Virus record (IMG/VR): IMGVR_UViG_3300030333_006551
Span: 65,907-129,906 of that record
Direction: 5' to 3' (one strand)
Length of the DNA: 64,000 nucleotides
Source: a virus
A program made the position numbers and the translations under genes. Positions 19,243-29,560 of this stretch are shown here, piece by piece. The notes below the pieces were generated by a model. It saw only the letters and a program-made list of their open reading frames with translations, did not search any database and was not told where the DNA came from. Numbering within the stretch: the stretch's first letter is position 1; every line of letters starts with the position of its first letter.

Positions 19243-19706
19243 CTGTAACTGAATCTATTACTTACGGGTTTGACACACCTAAGCATCATAACGAAGCTAT
19301 AACTTCGGTAAAGAAGACTCCTAGAGTAATTGGGATTAATTACCCTCCAACTAATAACGAAGGTTATGGTGCATTCAATAAAGCTACGGATCGAAATTTG
19401 CTTCGTAGCATGGTATATCAATTTCTCAACACGCAGACGGGCGAACGCCCTATGCTTCCTAACTATGGAATAGACTTAGAGCAGTTCTTGTTTGAGCCTT
19501 TAGACGAGCAGCTTCATGAGGAGATTGTTGAAGAGGTTTATACCGCAGTGGCTACTAATCACCCAGAGTGGGAGATACTTAAACTTTCTGTTTTTCAAAG
19601 TAATGAAACTTCTTCATATAAAGGTATTCCTGGAATCGTAATTATTCTAAACATACGGATAAGAGGCGATGAAGGGTCAGCAATAGAGGTGCAAGCAACA
19701 ATATGA
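19239..19706 (+). CDS. baseplate wedge protein gp25-like
   Basis: FLNTQTGERPMLPNYGIDLEQFLFEPLD. Confidence 0.9.
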   Translation: MTVTESITYGFDTPKHHNEAITSVKKTPRVIGINYPPTNNEGYGAFNKATDRNLLRSMVYQFLNTQTGERPMLPNYGIDLEQFLFEPLDEQLHEEIVEEVYTAVATNHPEWEILKLSVFQSNETSSYKGIPGIVIILNIRIRGDEGSAIEVQATI

Positions 19707-21376
19707 CAGATTCATATAATTTACCAGATTCAATCCCCTTTACAACCGCAGCGTCTGATTTTGAAAAGCTGTTACCTTATGGTGATGGTTTTGAGAGAAA
19801 AGAGGATTTAATTGATTATGCTGCAACGGACTTTCTTTCTCTTAAGAATTCTCTAATAAAGTATTTACAAGCAGTATACCCCTTAGATTACCAGAACTAT
19901 TCGGAGTCTGACTTTGGTATAATGTTTTCTGAGTTAGTGGCTTATATGGGCTCAGTCATGTCCATGAAGGCAGATATGCTCGCAAATGAAAACTACATAG
20001 CTACTGCACAAAATCGTGCAAATGTAAATAAGCTGCTTCAATTGATTGGTATTAAAATGAAGGGTCCAATCTCTTCAGGAGCAAAAGCCTCTCTTACACT
20101 TGATGATCGAGTAGGCACTTTTGATGAAGATGAATATGTAGAGATAGATGTTTCAGATAGGGTGTTTACAGTGACATCTCCTGAAGACGGATCGCCACTA
20201 ACTTTTATACTGTACAAAACCAAGGATGGTAAGCTAACTGACTTGAATGCCGAGTCTTCTTTAAAATTATATTCCACCGAATCTGTAGAGTATGTCGCTT
20301 CTGGCACTGCGGAAAACGATGTAATTGCTAACGCTAGAGTCTGGGATAATTTAGCTCTTGTGGAAGGTTCACTGAATATACAAAAAGGTGTTTTTGATGC
20401 TAGAGAAAGTGTAAAAAAAGTGCTGCTAGAAAAGGGTCCTGTTTGTGAGAACAGTGTTCAGGTATTTGTAAATGCAGATAACAGTAATGCGTCAGGGGTG
20501 TATAGACAAGTAGATAATCTATTTCAAGCTTCAGGGTATGAAGACAAGGTTTTTGAAGTTAGCTATGATGAAAGGTTTAACGCAGTACTGCTCTTTGGCG
20601 ATGGCGTACTTGGCGTTTCTCCACCTGCAAATGCTAACTATGTAATAAACTATAGAACAGGTGGAGGTATTCGAGGGAACATATACTCCCAAAGCATCTC
20701 CGCACCTATATCTGCAAGAGTTAATACTCTTAACGAAACTAGAACATCTAGAGCAACAAATACAAGTGTATCTTTAGGTGGAGCCGATGCTGAAACTGTT
20801 GCCCATGCCAAACGATACGGTCCTATGGACTTTAAGAGGCAAGATAGATTAGTTACTTTAGAAGATTACGAGGCGTTTGGAAACAGATTTGTTAGTACCG
20901 CAGGTACAAGTGCGAAGCTTACTGCCGCAACCAGAAAAGCATATAGCTCTGCAAATGTTATTGATCTCTACGCCTTAGAGGTAGCTTCTCCTACTCAATT
21001 AAAAAGAGCAACTGTACAATTTAAAACGGAACTACTAGAAGCTATTGATGATAAAAAGATGTTAACCGATGATATCGTGGTTGCCGATGGGTTAATTAGA
21101 ACTTTGGATTTGGTTGTAACAATTCATGTTGATGAGAAGTTACAAAAAGAGGAAGGGACAATTAAGGGATTAGCTTTTGCTAAGATTCTTGATTACTTTA
21201 GTGTTGATAAAATGTCGTTTGGTGCTAGGCTTATATCACAGAACCTAAACAAAGAACTACATAAGATTCCACAGATACGGTATGCAACCATAGATAATAT
21301 TCCTGATATTATCGAAGTTTCATTTAATGAAATCATCCAGCTAAACAACCTAACGATTAACTTTGCATTAATTTAG
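19703..21376 (+). CDS. baseplate wedge protein gp6-like
   Basis: DYAATDFLSLK, ELVAYMG, ANENYIATA, LLFGDG..G..P, YRTGGG..GN, GGADAET, QDRLVTLEDY. Confidence 0.9.
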   Translation: MTDSYNLPDSIPFTTAASDFEKLLPYGDGFERKEDLIDYAATDFLSLKNSLIKYLQAVYPLDYQNYSESDFGIMFSELVAYMGSVMSMKADMLANENYIATAQNRANVNKLLQLIGIKMKGPISSGAKASLTLDDRVGTFDEDEYVEIDVSDRVFTVTSPEDGSPLTFILYKTKDGKLTDLNAESSLKLYSTESVEYVASGTAENDVIANARVWDNLALVEGSLNIQKGVFDARESVKKVLLEKGPVCENSVQVFVNADNSNASGVYRQVDNLFQASGYEDKVFEVSYDERFNAVLLFGDGVLGVSPPANANYVINYRTGGGIRGNIYSQSISAPISARVNTLNETRTSRATNTSVSLGGADAETVAHAKRYGPMDFKRQDRLVTLEDYEAFGNRFVSTAGTSAKLTAATRKAYSSANVIDLYALEVASPTQLKRATVQFKTELLEAIDDKKMLTDDIVVADGLIRTLDLVVTIHVDEKLQKEEGTIKGLAFAKILDYFSVDKMSFGARLISQNLNKELHKIPQIRYATIDNIPDIIEVSFNEIIQLNNLTINFALI

Positions 21377-21380
21377 TATT

Positions 21381-24300
21381 ATGTCTGATAGAAAATACTT
21401 TAAAAGAAATTATGTCGATGTTCTAAAGGTTATCACTCCAAAGGTCTATCTTCAGGATGATATAAACCTTGCGGGGTTAGCATCAGATATTAATCAAGAT
21501 TTGATTAATAGTCACATTATTTCTTCGAAGTATATCACATACCTAACAAAGGAAAATGAAGTTAGCGGGTTGCATGTATCTGCGACTTCTAATTTAGAGG
21601 ACATTGATAATATTAAAGGTATTTCTAAATACTTTATTAAGCAGAATAATCTAACCAATATTACACCTAAGTTTTTTGATGATGTTATTCTTAGGCCCTT
21701 AAATACTAGGCTTACTAATTACAAAAGTAAAGATGATTTTGCGGACTATGTTAGTGGAACGCTTCTTCCTTCTATTCATCCAAATACTGATATCACAGCG
21801 AACACTGCCTCTGCATTTGGAAATAATAATACAGAGTCACATGAATTTCTTACAAGTTCCCTGAACTGGTTGTACTTTCTTAATACATCAGGGCTTATTA
21901 CGCGATCCAAAACAGGGGAAGAGCTTGTAGGGTTTTCCCCATCTTCATTAGTATTCAGTGCTTTAACTGACATGATCTTTGAAGGTAAAGATATTACTTT
22001 GGATTATGCAATTAAAATGTATCAGGAATATGTCTGGAAGAATTATAATGCTTTAAGTTCTTTAGATGTTAACGTAATTCCTCCCAACTTTATGTCAGGA
22101 ACAGGCACCTATACTAGCGGAACTCAGAATTTAGATAAACTAAAAACTTTAATTGATATAGAATATTCTCCACTATACACAGATAAAAATAATACTAAGG
22201 TTAAAGATTCTTTTGAAAACTATTTATTATTCAACTCTGTGGAAAGTGAAAAAGTAGAAGACGGTCCTCTACATAAGCTTCTCCGTGCTGTTGCATACAG
22301 TATGTACGATGTAAATGATCAAGTCGAAAGCATTAAACTTTTAACGTCAATCGAGAGTTGCCCAAAAGACTACCTTCCTTTCCTTGCCGACTTAGTTGGT
22401 TGGAGACTTTATGGAAGTGATGAGGCTGCATGGCGAAGACAACTTAGATCGGCTGTAGATCTTTACAAAAAGAAAGGAACAAAACAAGGTCTAATAGATG
22501 CACTTCACGCGGTCATTCCTAATAGCCCTCTTGATCCAGAAAATTCTATAACTGAATTTTACGAGTCATATGTTCCTAATTTAATTTTCTACTTACTTAA
22601 GACAGACTCTCCTTTATTTGAAAGTCTAAGTACTTGGACTCAAGATAAGGCTATGACTTTTGGTATTCCAGGGTATGATCCCTCGGACTTAGATCTTAAT
22701 ATTAAGTATGTAGTAGATGAAATCCTTAAACGCTGTGTAACTGAGTTCCCAACACAATTCCGTATAGGTAATGAGCCTTTTAGAGTTCATACTTTAGACA
22801 GCGGAAAAGCTTGGTTTGATGATTATGATTCCCCTCCAGACGGTCTAGGAGATGTACACCAAACGCCTCTCGGTGCTCCACATTATGGTCGCTGGATGAC
22901 CTATAAGGCTCCTAACCCTAATTCTGAGTATGTTGCTACCTTAGGTGATCCAAACTTTGTGTTTAATTATAGAGGTAGATTATATCCAATTCCACCATGG
23001 GAAGATGAAAGGTACTATGCTGACACTGCAATAACAGAAGATTTATTAGATTTTATAATTAATGAATTGAATTGTTTAGAAGTTGCTTTATCTAGTACAG
23101 AAAAATTAAAATCTTTTATTCAGGATAATACAACAGCAAAACTGTCAACCTCTAAATCTAGGCAATCTGGCTTTTTATTCCTAACCTCTTCCTTAGAGCT
23201 ACCTCCAAACTATGAAACAATAATTAGTAAGCATCAAAGAGATAAGTATGATTACATAAGTATGTGGAATGGAAAATCCTCAATGTTCAATTTTGAGGTT
23301 GTTGGTGGTGATTTTGATGTACTATATCTAACAGATTCACGATATACTAAGCGTGATGTTTTTGATAGTTTAAAGATAATTGATGATTTCGCTCCTGCAA
23401 AGTCGAAACCACAAGCTGATTTCGTTTTGCGCCATGTAGATTACTTGAGTAGTATTGGTAATACTGCAATTTCATATAGGTTGAATTTGAACGATTTACA
23501 CACCTCAGGAGCCTTAGGAGGTTATGAGGCATCATCGGTCAACTTGCGCGGCGAAGGGATGAGAGGCCAGGATTTTCATAGCGGATTCGACGATTCTAAA
23601 GGCAACCACATACACGACACTCTTCCAGTGTTCAAAAGAGAACAGGTAGATTCATTTACAGACACAGCGATGGGGTCTACTTCCGCTATTGCAATCCCAC
23701 GAAATTCTATCCGAAGAAGGAATTTTAAAAATGTAATAACTCAAAAGGGAGGAGGGTGGTATTCTAGGCGAGGCGATAGTATGCCTGTCTACTTTAATAC
23801 ATCCTCCTCGTACCCAGAGAAGAGTTTCGATTATACCCTTTTAGGCTTTGTACCTTCATCATTAAATTTTCATCCTGTAGACGATGTTACTAATACATCT
23901 AGTGTTTACAATGTATCCAATGATCCCAATTCGGTTAATACTTATTTTAATGTTGATGTGAGTAATACATTCCCTGTTCGAGGGGATACCTCTATTTGGG
24001 ATGTTTCTTCTCAGGATGATTATATACGAAGAGATGCTGCCCCTGATATTATCCGTGTCCTTCACGCGCTTACTGAACGAATTGAATCTGAAAAAGCAAA
24101 AATTGAAAGTGATCATAATGCCCAATACTTTAACGCCTCATCTGCATGGTGCAACATAGTCGAAAGTTTAAAAAATCAGAAAGCATACTTAGGTATGAAT
24201 TTTGATGAATTCTTTAATAAGCGGCTAGATCAAAGACAAAGTGTACGCTATCTTAGCGAAGATAAATCAGGCAATAATAGAAAGAATATAGGTAAAGGGA

Positions 24301-27300
24301 TACACTCACTATACAGGGATTATATTGAGCATTTTTATTCAGATGGATTGAGTGGAAAGTTAATTGATTCAAGACTTGATGGTGGAAAAAACTTGTTATC
24401 TCATGTTTACGGCCCTTTGTTTTATAATGGAAATTTAAGGGTTGATGGCTCTGGTATAGCAACAAGCGGTATTTTCCAAGCTTCATCATATGGATCACAA
24501 TATGAGTTAAATTTAGCGAGGGACTATACCAGTAGTGCATTGTCTGGAATAGGAGTAAGTCTTCACTCTGCTGATAAAGATTTATATGTTAGAGTTCCTG
24601 AGTATAGAACTCAACATATGGTTAGTGGGGTCGAGCTTGTCGATGGGTCCGCTATCGAGGGGGTGGTTCCTAAAAATTGGTTCTCCATTGTCGAGCTTGA
24701 TCCCACCTTGTCTAGACCTAACTCTGATGGTTACTTTGCAGGAAACAAGTTTATTCTATCTAAATCTAGGAGTCATGGGGTTCCTAGACTAAGACTTAAC
24801 TTAAGTGCTACCGAAAGCAATAACAACTTTTTAATACCAGAACATTATCTATCATTAGCAGTTAATTGCATTCCCTTCAAAGATGATACTCCTGAAATTG
24901 GAGGAGCTTCTGTTGGAGTTTGGATTCATACTGATGTGGAGAATGATGTAGATAATAAAAAGGTTTTCTGGAACTATATGCCTGACGGTAGTTGGAGCAT
25001 GCAAGACGCTTCTTCTGTTACAGATATTGAAATAGGAGAAACCACGGTTTTAGAAAAACTAGCTCATAAGTTTACATTAGATTCTTCTAGCCTAGAGGGA
25101 GAAACGCAAACAACTACCTATTGCACTGAGGGTGTTGAGTATGATACTATTGTTGATTTGCCTACATTAGAAATCTTACAAGAAAAACATGTACAGTGCC
25201 TAAAGCTAAACTTTGATACCCATAATTCTAAAATAAATGTACCTATAAATTACTTTAGTAAATTAGTGGGGACGAAACAAGGACACCAAGTACACAGAAA
25301 AGCTCAAAACTATATTGTAGAAGTTTTCTTGTATCCAACAAACGAAGATACTACTACTATTCTTTTTGACAGCGTAAGCATTGTTGATGAAACACAAAGA
25401 GATAGAGCATTTATTGCTGAAGAGTTTATACTGCCTGATTTCTCTCAAACGGATGAGATCTTCCATGAGTCTCCTGGAGCGTTAGTTGATCTTTCAGCAG
25501 GATTCTGGAAACAAGACGGATCAAAAGTTGCTGTAGAAACATCAACCACTACCGCAGAGTTCTCAGACATGCCATCACTCCTTAACTATAGTTTCCCAGA
25601 TTTTGGATACAACACTTATATTAATAATTATTGGTCTGATGATGAAGAGAAGGGAGTAGAATTTCAACGACAACTCAAGCCTTTTAATGGTGATCCTCTC
25701 CCTGGGTGTGGTTATTGTGGCGATGGACCTGATTGGGGTCATTTCTTGCACCACCCTAACGGAGACTATGATTCAGCACTTTGGGATGATGATGTATTTG
25801 CGAGAGGGATGTGGTTTGACGGTTGGAGTTCACCATTACACTATGCAAGCGATGATGGCCTGACCACTTATTCTACAGGGATAGAGCGGGTAGCTATGGC
25901 TGAGGATGATATAGCTGACCGTCCTGTATCTTTTGGAGACTCAGCAAACTTAAACTATATCTTCCCAATCCAAACATTTAGACATACAGACCCCAGACAT
26001 TTTAGCCCAGAAGGTGTTCAAAATCCTTGGATTCCAGGAACGGTCTATGCAGGAGAACAGATGTTTAGTGGAGAAGAATATTTACACCTTAACGAAATGT
26101 TGCAGTACGGCATTATTGCCTTCTCTACTAATGAGCTTTATTCCCTAGGATGGTTAATTTATCAAGGTGAAAATAGAGAATCGATTAGAGAAACTATTTT
26201 TGATCCTACTGGGACTTATTTTAATGCAGCAACTAGAGCAGCATTTGATAATAATCCCACAGACTTTACTAATATTAATAGGGCGATTCAAACTAATTAC
26301 GGAGCAGGGTCTATACCACCAAATGGTATAGTTCAAGATATTCCCTATACAGAACTAGAAGATGGAAAAGAATATACCTTTTCTGTTTACTTTAAGCCTG
26401 GATTAGGTACTTCCGGTTTGGCGGTGGATAATTGGGGTGATGTTATTGATACTGATTACGGTTCATTCCTATTAACACTTAATTACCTTAGACCTAAGCA
26501 CGACGAAAGTTGGTTTATATATAATACTAGTGGAAATGCAGCAACGCAACCCACAAACCCAAACACAGGTGTTGTAAATGAGGGAAATACAGCGCATTGG
26601 GACGCTGCATCATCACTTCCATATACTACTATTAAAGTGACCCCTGGAAATGCAGTACAAGGTCAAGCTATGGTTTCTAGCTATGCGGTTAATGGCCCAG
26701 CGTTTTACGATGCGACGAGTCCTGCTGTAGAAGGTGAACGGTGTAATGTTGTTGAGTTAGAAAATGGTTGGTTTAGAGCTTCAGTATCTGTTCATTGGAG
26801 GAGTTCTTGGATTAATAGAACGATAGATGCTCCTAATAATCCTGGATTGTGGGATAATAAAGAAGAATTTGCATTCCATAAAAACAAAGTAAATGGATTA
26901 AGGATTACTATGCAGATGCAGAAACCACATTCTTATGACTATGCGACTCCCCAAAATGTTAATTGGTATCAGACAAATTCTATTAAAGTTGTAAATGACT
27001 GGAAAGTTTGGGGTTCTCTTTTCCATGAAGGTAATGCTTCAGAGCTTAAAGATTTCCAATATATGGGAGGAGATCTCTTTGTAGGCGATACAGACACGAT
27101 AACAAAGATTGATAAAGAACTTTGTTACATGGACACCTCAGGTAGTATGTTTACAGGCACCACTAAAGTTAAAGATGCTTCTTCTATCGGTGAGTGGAGT
27201 GGCATCCAAAGAGTTACTGCTTCTGTCCAAAACCCGCTAACTGGTATTATTAAGTTAAATACTCAAGTATCGGCACATAATTATGCCAACACTAATTTTA

Positions 27301-27653
27301 GTGGTGGTTACTTCTACCTAGATGAGAATGCAGTCCCACGAGATATTGATGGTTCAGCCTTTGTAGGAATTACAAGCTCAACTTTAGGTAGTTACATAGA
27401 AAAGAAAGAAACAGCATATGCACAGATAGAAGAAGATGAGCTTTTGGTTATTTTGCGGTACTTTAATAGTTTAACGAATAACTTAGGTTCTAGGAATGCA
27501 GCAGTAACAGCATCAAACATGGAGACTAGTGGCGGAGGTAGGCTTAATTACCGACTTCACCCATACCAAATGGATGGTCAAAACTCTCCAGGGTTATGGA
27601 CTGTTAGGGATTCTAACTACGAGCAGGTTACAAAACTAGATATTACTAACTGA
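21381..27653 (+). CDS. very large baseplate wedge protein (gp7/P2 gpI-like domain plus extensions)
   Basis: CPKDYLPFLADLVGW...WRRQLRSAVDLYKKKGTKQG, directly after gp6. A CBM-like module lies near the C-terminus. Confidence 0.7.
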   Translation: MSDRKYFKRNYVDVLKVITPKVYLQDDINLAGLASDINQDLINSHIISSKYITYLTKENEVSGLHVSATSNLEDIDNIKGISKYFIKQNNLTNITPKFFDDVILRPLNTRLTNYKSKDDFADYVSGTLLPSIHPNTDITANTASAFGNNNTESHEFLTSSLNWLYFLNTSGLITRSKTGEELVGFSPSSLVFSALTDMIFEGKDITLDYAIKMYQEYVWKNYNALSSLDVNVIPPNFMSGTGTYTSGTQNLDKLKTLIDIEYSPLYTDKNNTKVKDSFENYLLFNSVESEKVEDGPLHKLLRAVAYSMYDVNDQVESIKLLTSIESCPKDYLPFLADLVGWRLYGSDEAAWRRQLRSAVDLYKKKGTKQGLIDALHAVIPNSPLDPENSITEFYESYVPNLIFYLLKTDSPLFESLSTWTQDKAMTFGIPGYDPSDLDLNIKYVVDEILKRCVTEFPTQFRIGNEPFRVHTLDSGKAWFDDYDSPPDGLGDVHQTPLGAPHYGRWMTYKAPNPNSEYVATLGDPNFVFNYRGRLYPIPPWEDERYYADTAITEDLLDFIINELNCLEVALSSTEKLKSFIQDNTTAKLSTSKSRQSGFLFLTSSLELPPNYETIISKHQRDKYDYISMWNGKSSMFNFEVVGGDFDVLYLTDSRYTKRDVFDSLKIIDDFAPAKSKPQADFVLRHVDYLSSIGNTAISYRLNLNDLHTSGALGGYEASSVNLRGEGMRGQDFHSGFDDSKGNHIHDTLPVFKREQVDSFTDTAMGSTSAIAIPRNSIRRRNFKNVITQKGGGWYSRRGDSMPVYFNTSSSYPEKSFDYTLLGFVPSSLNFHPVDDVTNTSSVYNVSNDPNSVNTYFNVDVSNTFPVRGDTSIWDVSSQDDYIRRDAAPDIIRVLHALTERIESEKAKIESDHNAQYFNASSAWCNIVESLKNQKAYLGMNFDEFFNKRLDQRQSVRYLSEDKSGNNRKNIGKGIHSLYRDYIEHFYSDGLSGKLIDSRLDGGKNLLSHVYGPLFYNGNLRVDGSGIATSGIFQASSYGSQYELNLARDYTSSALSGIGVSLHSADKDLYVRVPEYRTQHMVSGVELVDGSAIEGVVPKNWFSIVELDPTLSRPNSDGYFAGNKFILSKSRSHGVPRLRLNLSATESNNNFLIPEHYLSLAVNCIPFKDDTPEIGGASVGVWIHTDVENDVDNKKVFWNYMPDGSWSMQDASSVTDIEIGETTVLEKLAHKFTLDSSSLEGETQTTTYCTEGVEYDTIVDLPTLEILQEKHVQCLKLNFDTHNSKINVPINYFSKLVGTKQGHQVHRKAQNYIVEVFLYPTNEDTTTILFDSVSIVDETQRDRAFIAEEFILPDFSQTDEIFHESPGALVDLSAGFWKQDGSKVAVETSTTTAEFSDMPSLLNYSFPDFGYNTYINNYWSDDEEKGVEFQRQLKPFNGDPLPGCGYCGDGPDWGHFLHHPNGDYDSALWDDDVFARGMWFDGWSSPLHYASDDGLTTYSTGIERVAMAEDDIADRPVSFGDSANLNYIFPIQTFRHTDPRHFSPEGVQNPWIPGTVYAGEQMFSGEEYLHLNEMLQYGIIAFSTNELYSLGWLIYQGENRESIRETIFDPTGTYFNAATRAAFDNNPTDFTNINRAIQTNYGAGSIPPNGIVQDIPYTELEDGKEYTFSVYFKPGLGTSGLAVDNWGDVIDTDYGSFLLTLNYLRPKHDESWFIYNTSGNAATQPTNPNTGVVNEGNTAHWDAASSLPYTTIKVTPGNAVQGQAMVSSYAVNGPAFYDATSPAVEGERCNVVELENGWFRASVSVHWRSSWINRTIDAPNNPGLWDNKEEFAFHKNKVNGLRITMQMQKPHSYDYATPQNVNWYQTNSIKVVNDWKVWGSLFHEGNASELKDFQYMGGDLFVGDTDTITKIDKELCYMDTSGSMFTGTTKVKDASSIGEWSGIQRVTASVQNPLTGIIKLNTQVSAHNYANTNFSGGYFYLDENAVPRDIDGSAFVGITSSTLGSYIEKKETAYAQIEEDELLVILRYFNSLTNNLGSRNAAVTASNMETSGGGRLNYRLHPYQMDGQNSPGLWTVRDSNYEQVTKLDITN

Positions 27654-29560
27654 TGATTGGAATAGTAGAAATTTATAGTGGTTTTGGCACTAATGACCAA
27701 AAGCTTCTTCATACAGAGCAAAATCTGATTGTAGATGGAGCAGGAGAAGCTATTGTTGATTTATTAATGACCCCTTCATCTATTGTTTCATCTGTTTCAG
27801 GTATGAATGATACCTCGAACTATACTGTCCAAGCCATAAGTTTCGGAAAAGCAGCGTCTGCATACACACAGTATGGACATTACTGGGCTCCAACAGCAGG
27901 GGATCATTTTGGAACGAGTTCTTTAATCACTCGTATTCAGGATGATCAAATTATGCGGGTTATGGAAATGAGTAGCACTTGGAACCACGGGGATGACCTC
28001 CAATTGTTAGCTTCATCCTATGCTGCTCCTGCAAGGGATAGACTTAAAAATTCTTTCCCTAATCCCGTAGATACAGTCTTAGAGGCAGGTACGGATACGG
28101 CAATTGATTTAAGCGGTGGTGAGTTCCACTATGATGAATCTGGCAAGTTAGTGGCTGGAAAGTACACTCCTGTTGGGCATAACATGAATGTCACCCAGTT
28201 CGATTCTGCCGCTTCCTCTATTTTTAGGGGGTGCTGGCCTTTATCGGGGACTGGATCAAGTGCTATCATAGTAAGCTCGCAAACTTATGGACACATGGAT
28301 GATGTAGCTGGGCATGGCGCAGCAATTTACCCCAATCCCCAAGATGCAGGGCAGGTGTCTTCCATTCATTATGGTGGTAGTGTATATGGTGGACCATTAG
28401 GGGGTGGTTATAATAACGCACAAGCTATGGATATGTCTGGGTATGTCAAGGCATATAATTTATGCTTAGGTGAGTTAAGTGGTATAAAGAAAGAGCCTGG
28501 AGTTCAAACACTTGGATCATTATCAGGGCTATTGGTATCTGCTCAAGAAGGGACAGATACATTACCTGCGTTTGCAGTTCCTGGAGATACAGACCTAACT
28601 CATATAGTAGGCAAGACCACCCCTCTAGAGAATTGTGAAGTTATATATGTAACAACTCTTGCTTCAGGTGATGTAGGGTACTCAAACCTATTTGGAGGGA
28701 TAACAACTCTAGGCTTGTGGACGATTGATTTAGAGAAAACATTAGATGGTCTAAGCGCAACAGCACATACTGAAACTGATAACTTATTATATTATGCAGA
28801 TGGAAGTACCGCATCAGGCGATCCATACCAGTTCCAAAATACTTATGGTTGGGTTAAAACAAATTTAGGTATTACTGCTGATCCCGTTAGTGGTAATCAA
28901 AGAGATCCATATGGTGGACATGCATGGCAAGCGATTGCTGGCGCAGGCGAGGCAAGCACAGTAGCTAAAGTTGCTATTCCAACTTTGACCGCTTCTGGCG
29001 ATTATACTTTCTCAGTTTACTTCCAAGGTTATCAGAATCCAGGCGCACTTTATGGATCCTCGATTGGATTACATATGACTGCTATGACTAGTGCAACTGA
29101 TCTTCATTATGGTTTTCCAACCTCAGGTGGGGCTGCACTAGGACAGAGGGGGTCCTTATCTTCGCTGACAGGTTCTATCCAGGATGATGATTTAAATAAT
29201 TGGACAAGAGTATCTCATACTGCCAAATTCCCTGATGGAACTAGTGCAATTAATTGTCAGATAGTTCTTAGTAGCTTGGGTTGGGGAGTTCCTAGCGGTG
29301 TTTTCTACGAAAGTGGAAAATATGTTGCTGTGGCTCATGCTAAGTTAGAGGAGGGTTCGACTGCTACAGATTTCGTTGCAGGAAGAAACGAATACCCACC
29401 CTTCCGCTTTAAGGCAGAAAATAACCCGCTAAGATATAAACTATTTGCCAAGAGAACATTAACGGATAACTTAGCCAAGATTAGTGATAAAAGTATAACT
29501 GAACCAGGAGCTATTGGATACCAAGATTTAACCCTGGTGTGGAGGATTAAGTTCGCATGA
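27653..29560 (+). CDS. baseplate/fibre-attachment protein with CBM-like insertion
   Basis: NLIVDGAG N-terminus, ITTLGLW, terminal LTLVWRIKF. YTFSVYF...WTRVS...AKLEEGSTATDF module. Confidence 0.6.
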   Translation: MIGIVEIYSGFGTNDQKLLHTEQNLIVDGAGEAIVDLLMTPSSIVSSVSGMNDTSNYTVQAISFGKAASAYTQYGHYWAPTAGDHFGTSSLITRIQDDQIMRVMEMSSTWNHGDDLQLLASSYAAPARDRLKNSFPNPVDTVLEAGTDTAIDLSGGEFHYDESGKLVAGKYTPVGHNMNVTQFDSAASSIFRGCWPLSGTGSSAIIVSSQTYGHMDDVAGHGAAIYPNPQDAGQVSSIHYGGSVYGGPLGGGYNNAQAMDMSGYVKAYNLCLGELSGIKKEPGVQTLGSLSGLLVSAQEGTDTLPAFAVPGDTDLTHIVGKTTPLENCEVIYVTTLASGDVGYSNLFGGITTLGLWTIDLEKTLDGLSATAHTETDNLLYYADGSTASGDPYQFQNTYGWVKTNLGITADPVSGNQRDPYGGHAWQAIAGAGEASTVAKVAIPTLTASGDYTFSVYFQGYQNPGALYGSSIGLHMTAMTSATDLHYGFPTSGGAALGQRGSLSSLTGSIQDDDLNNWTRVSHTAKFPDGTSAINCQIVLSSLGWGVPSGVFYESGKYVAVAHAKLEEGSTATDFVAGRNEYPPFRFKAENNPLRYKLFAKRTLTDNLAKISDKSITEPGAIGYQDLTLVWRIKFA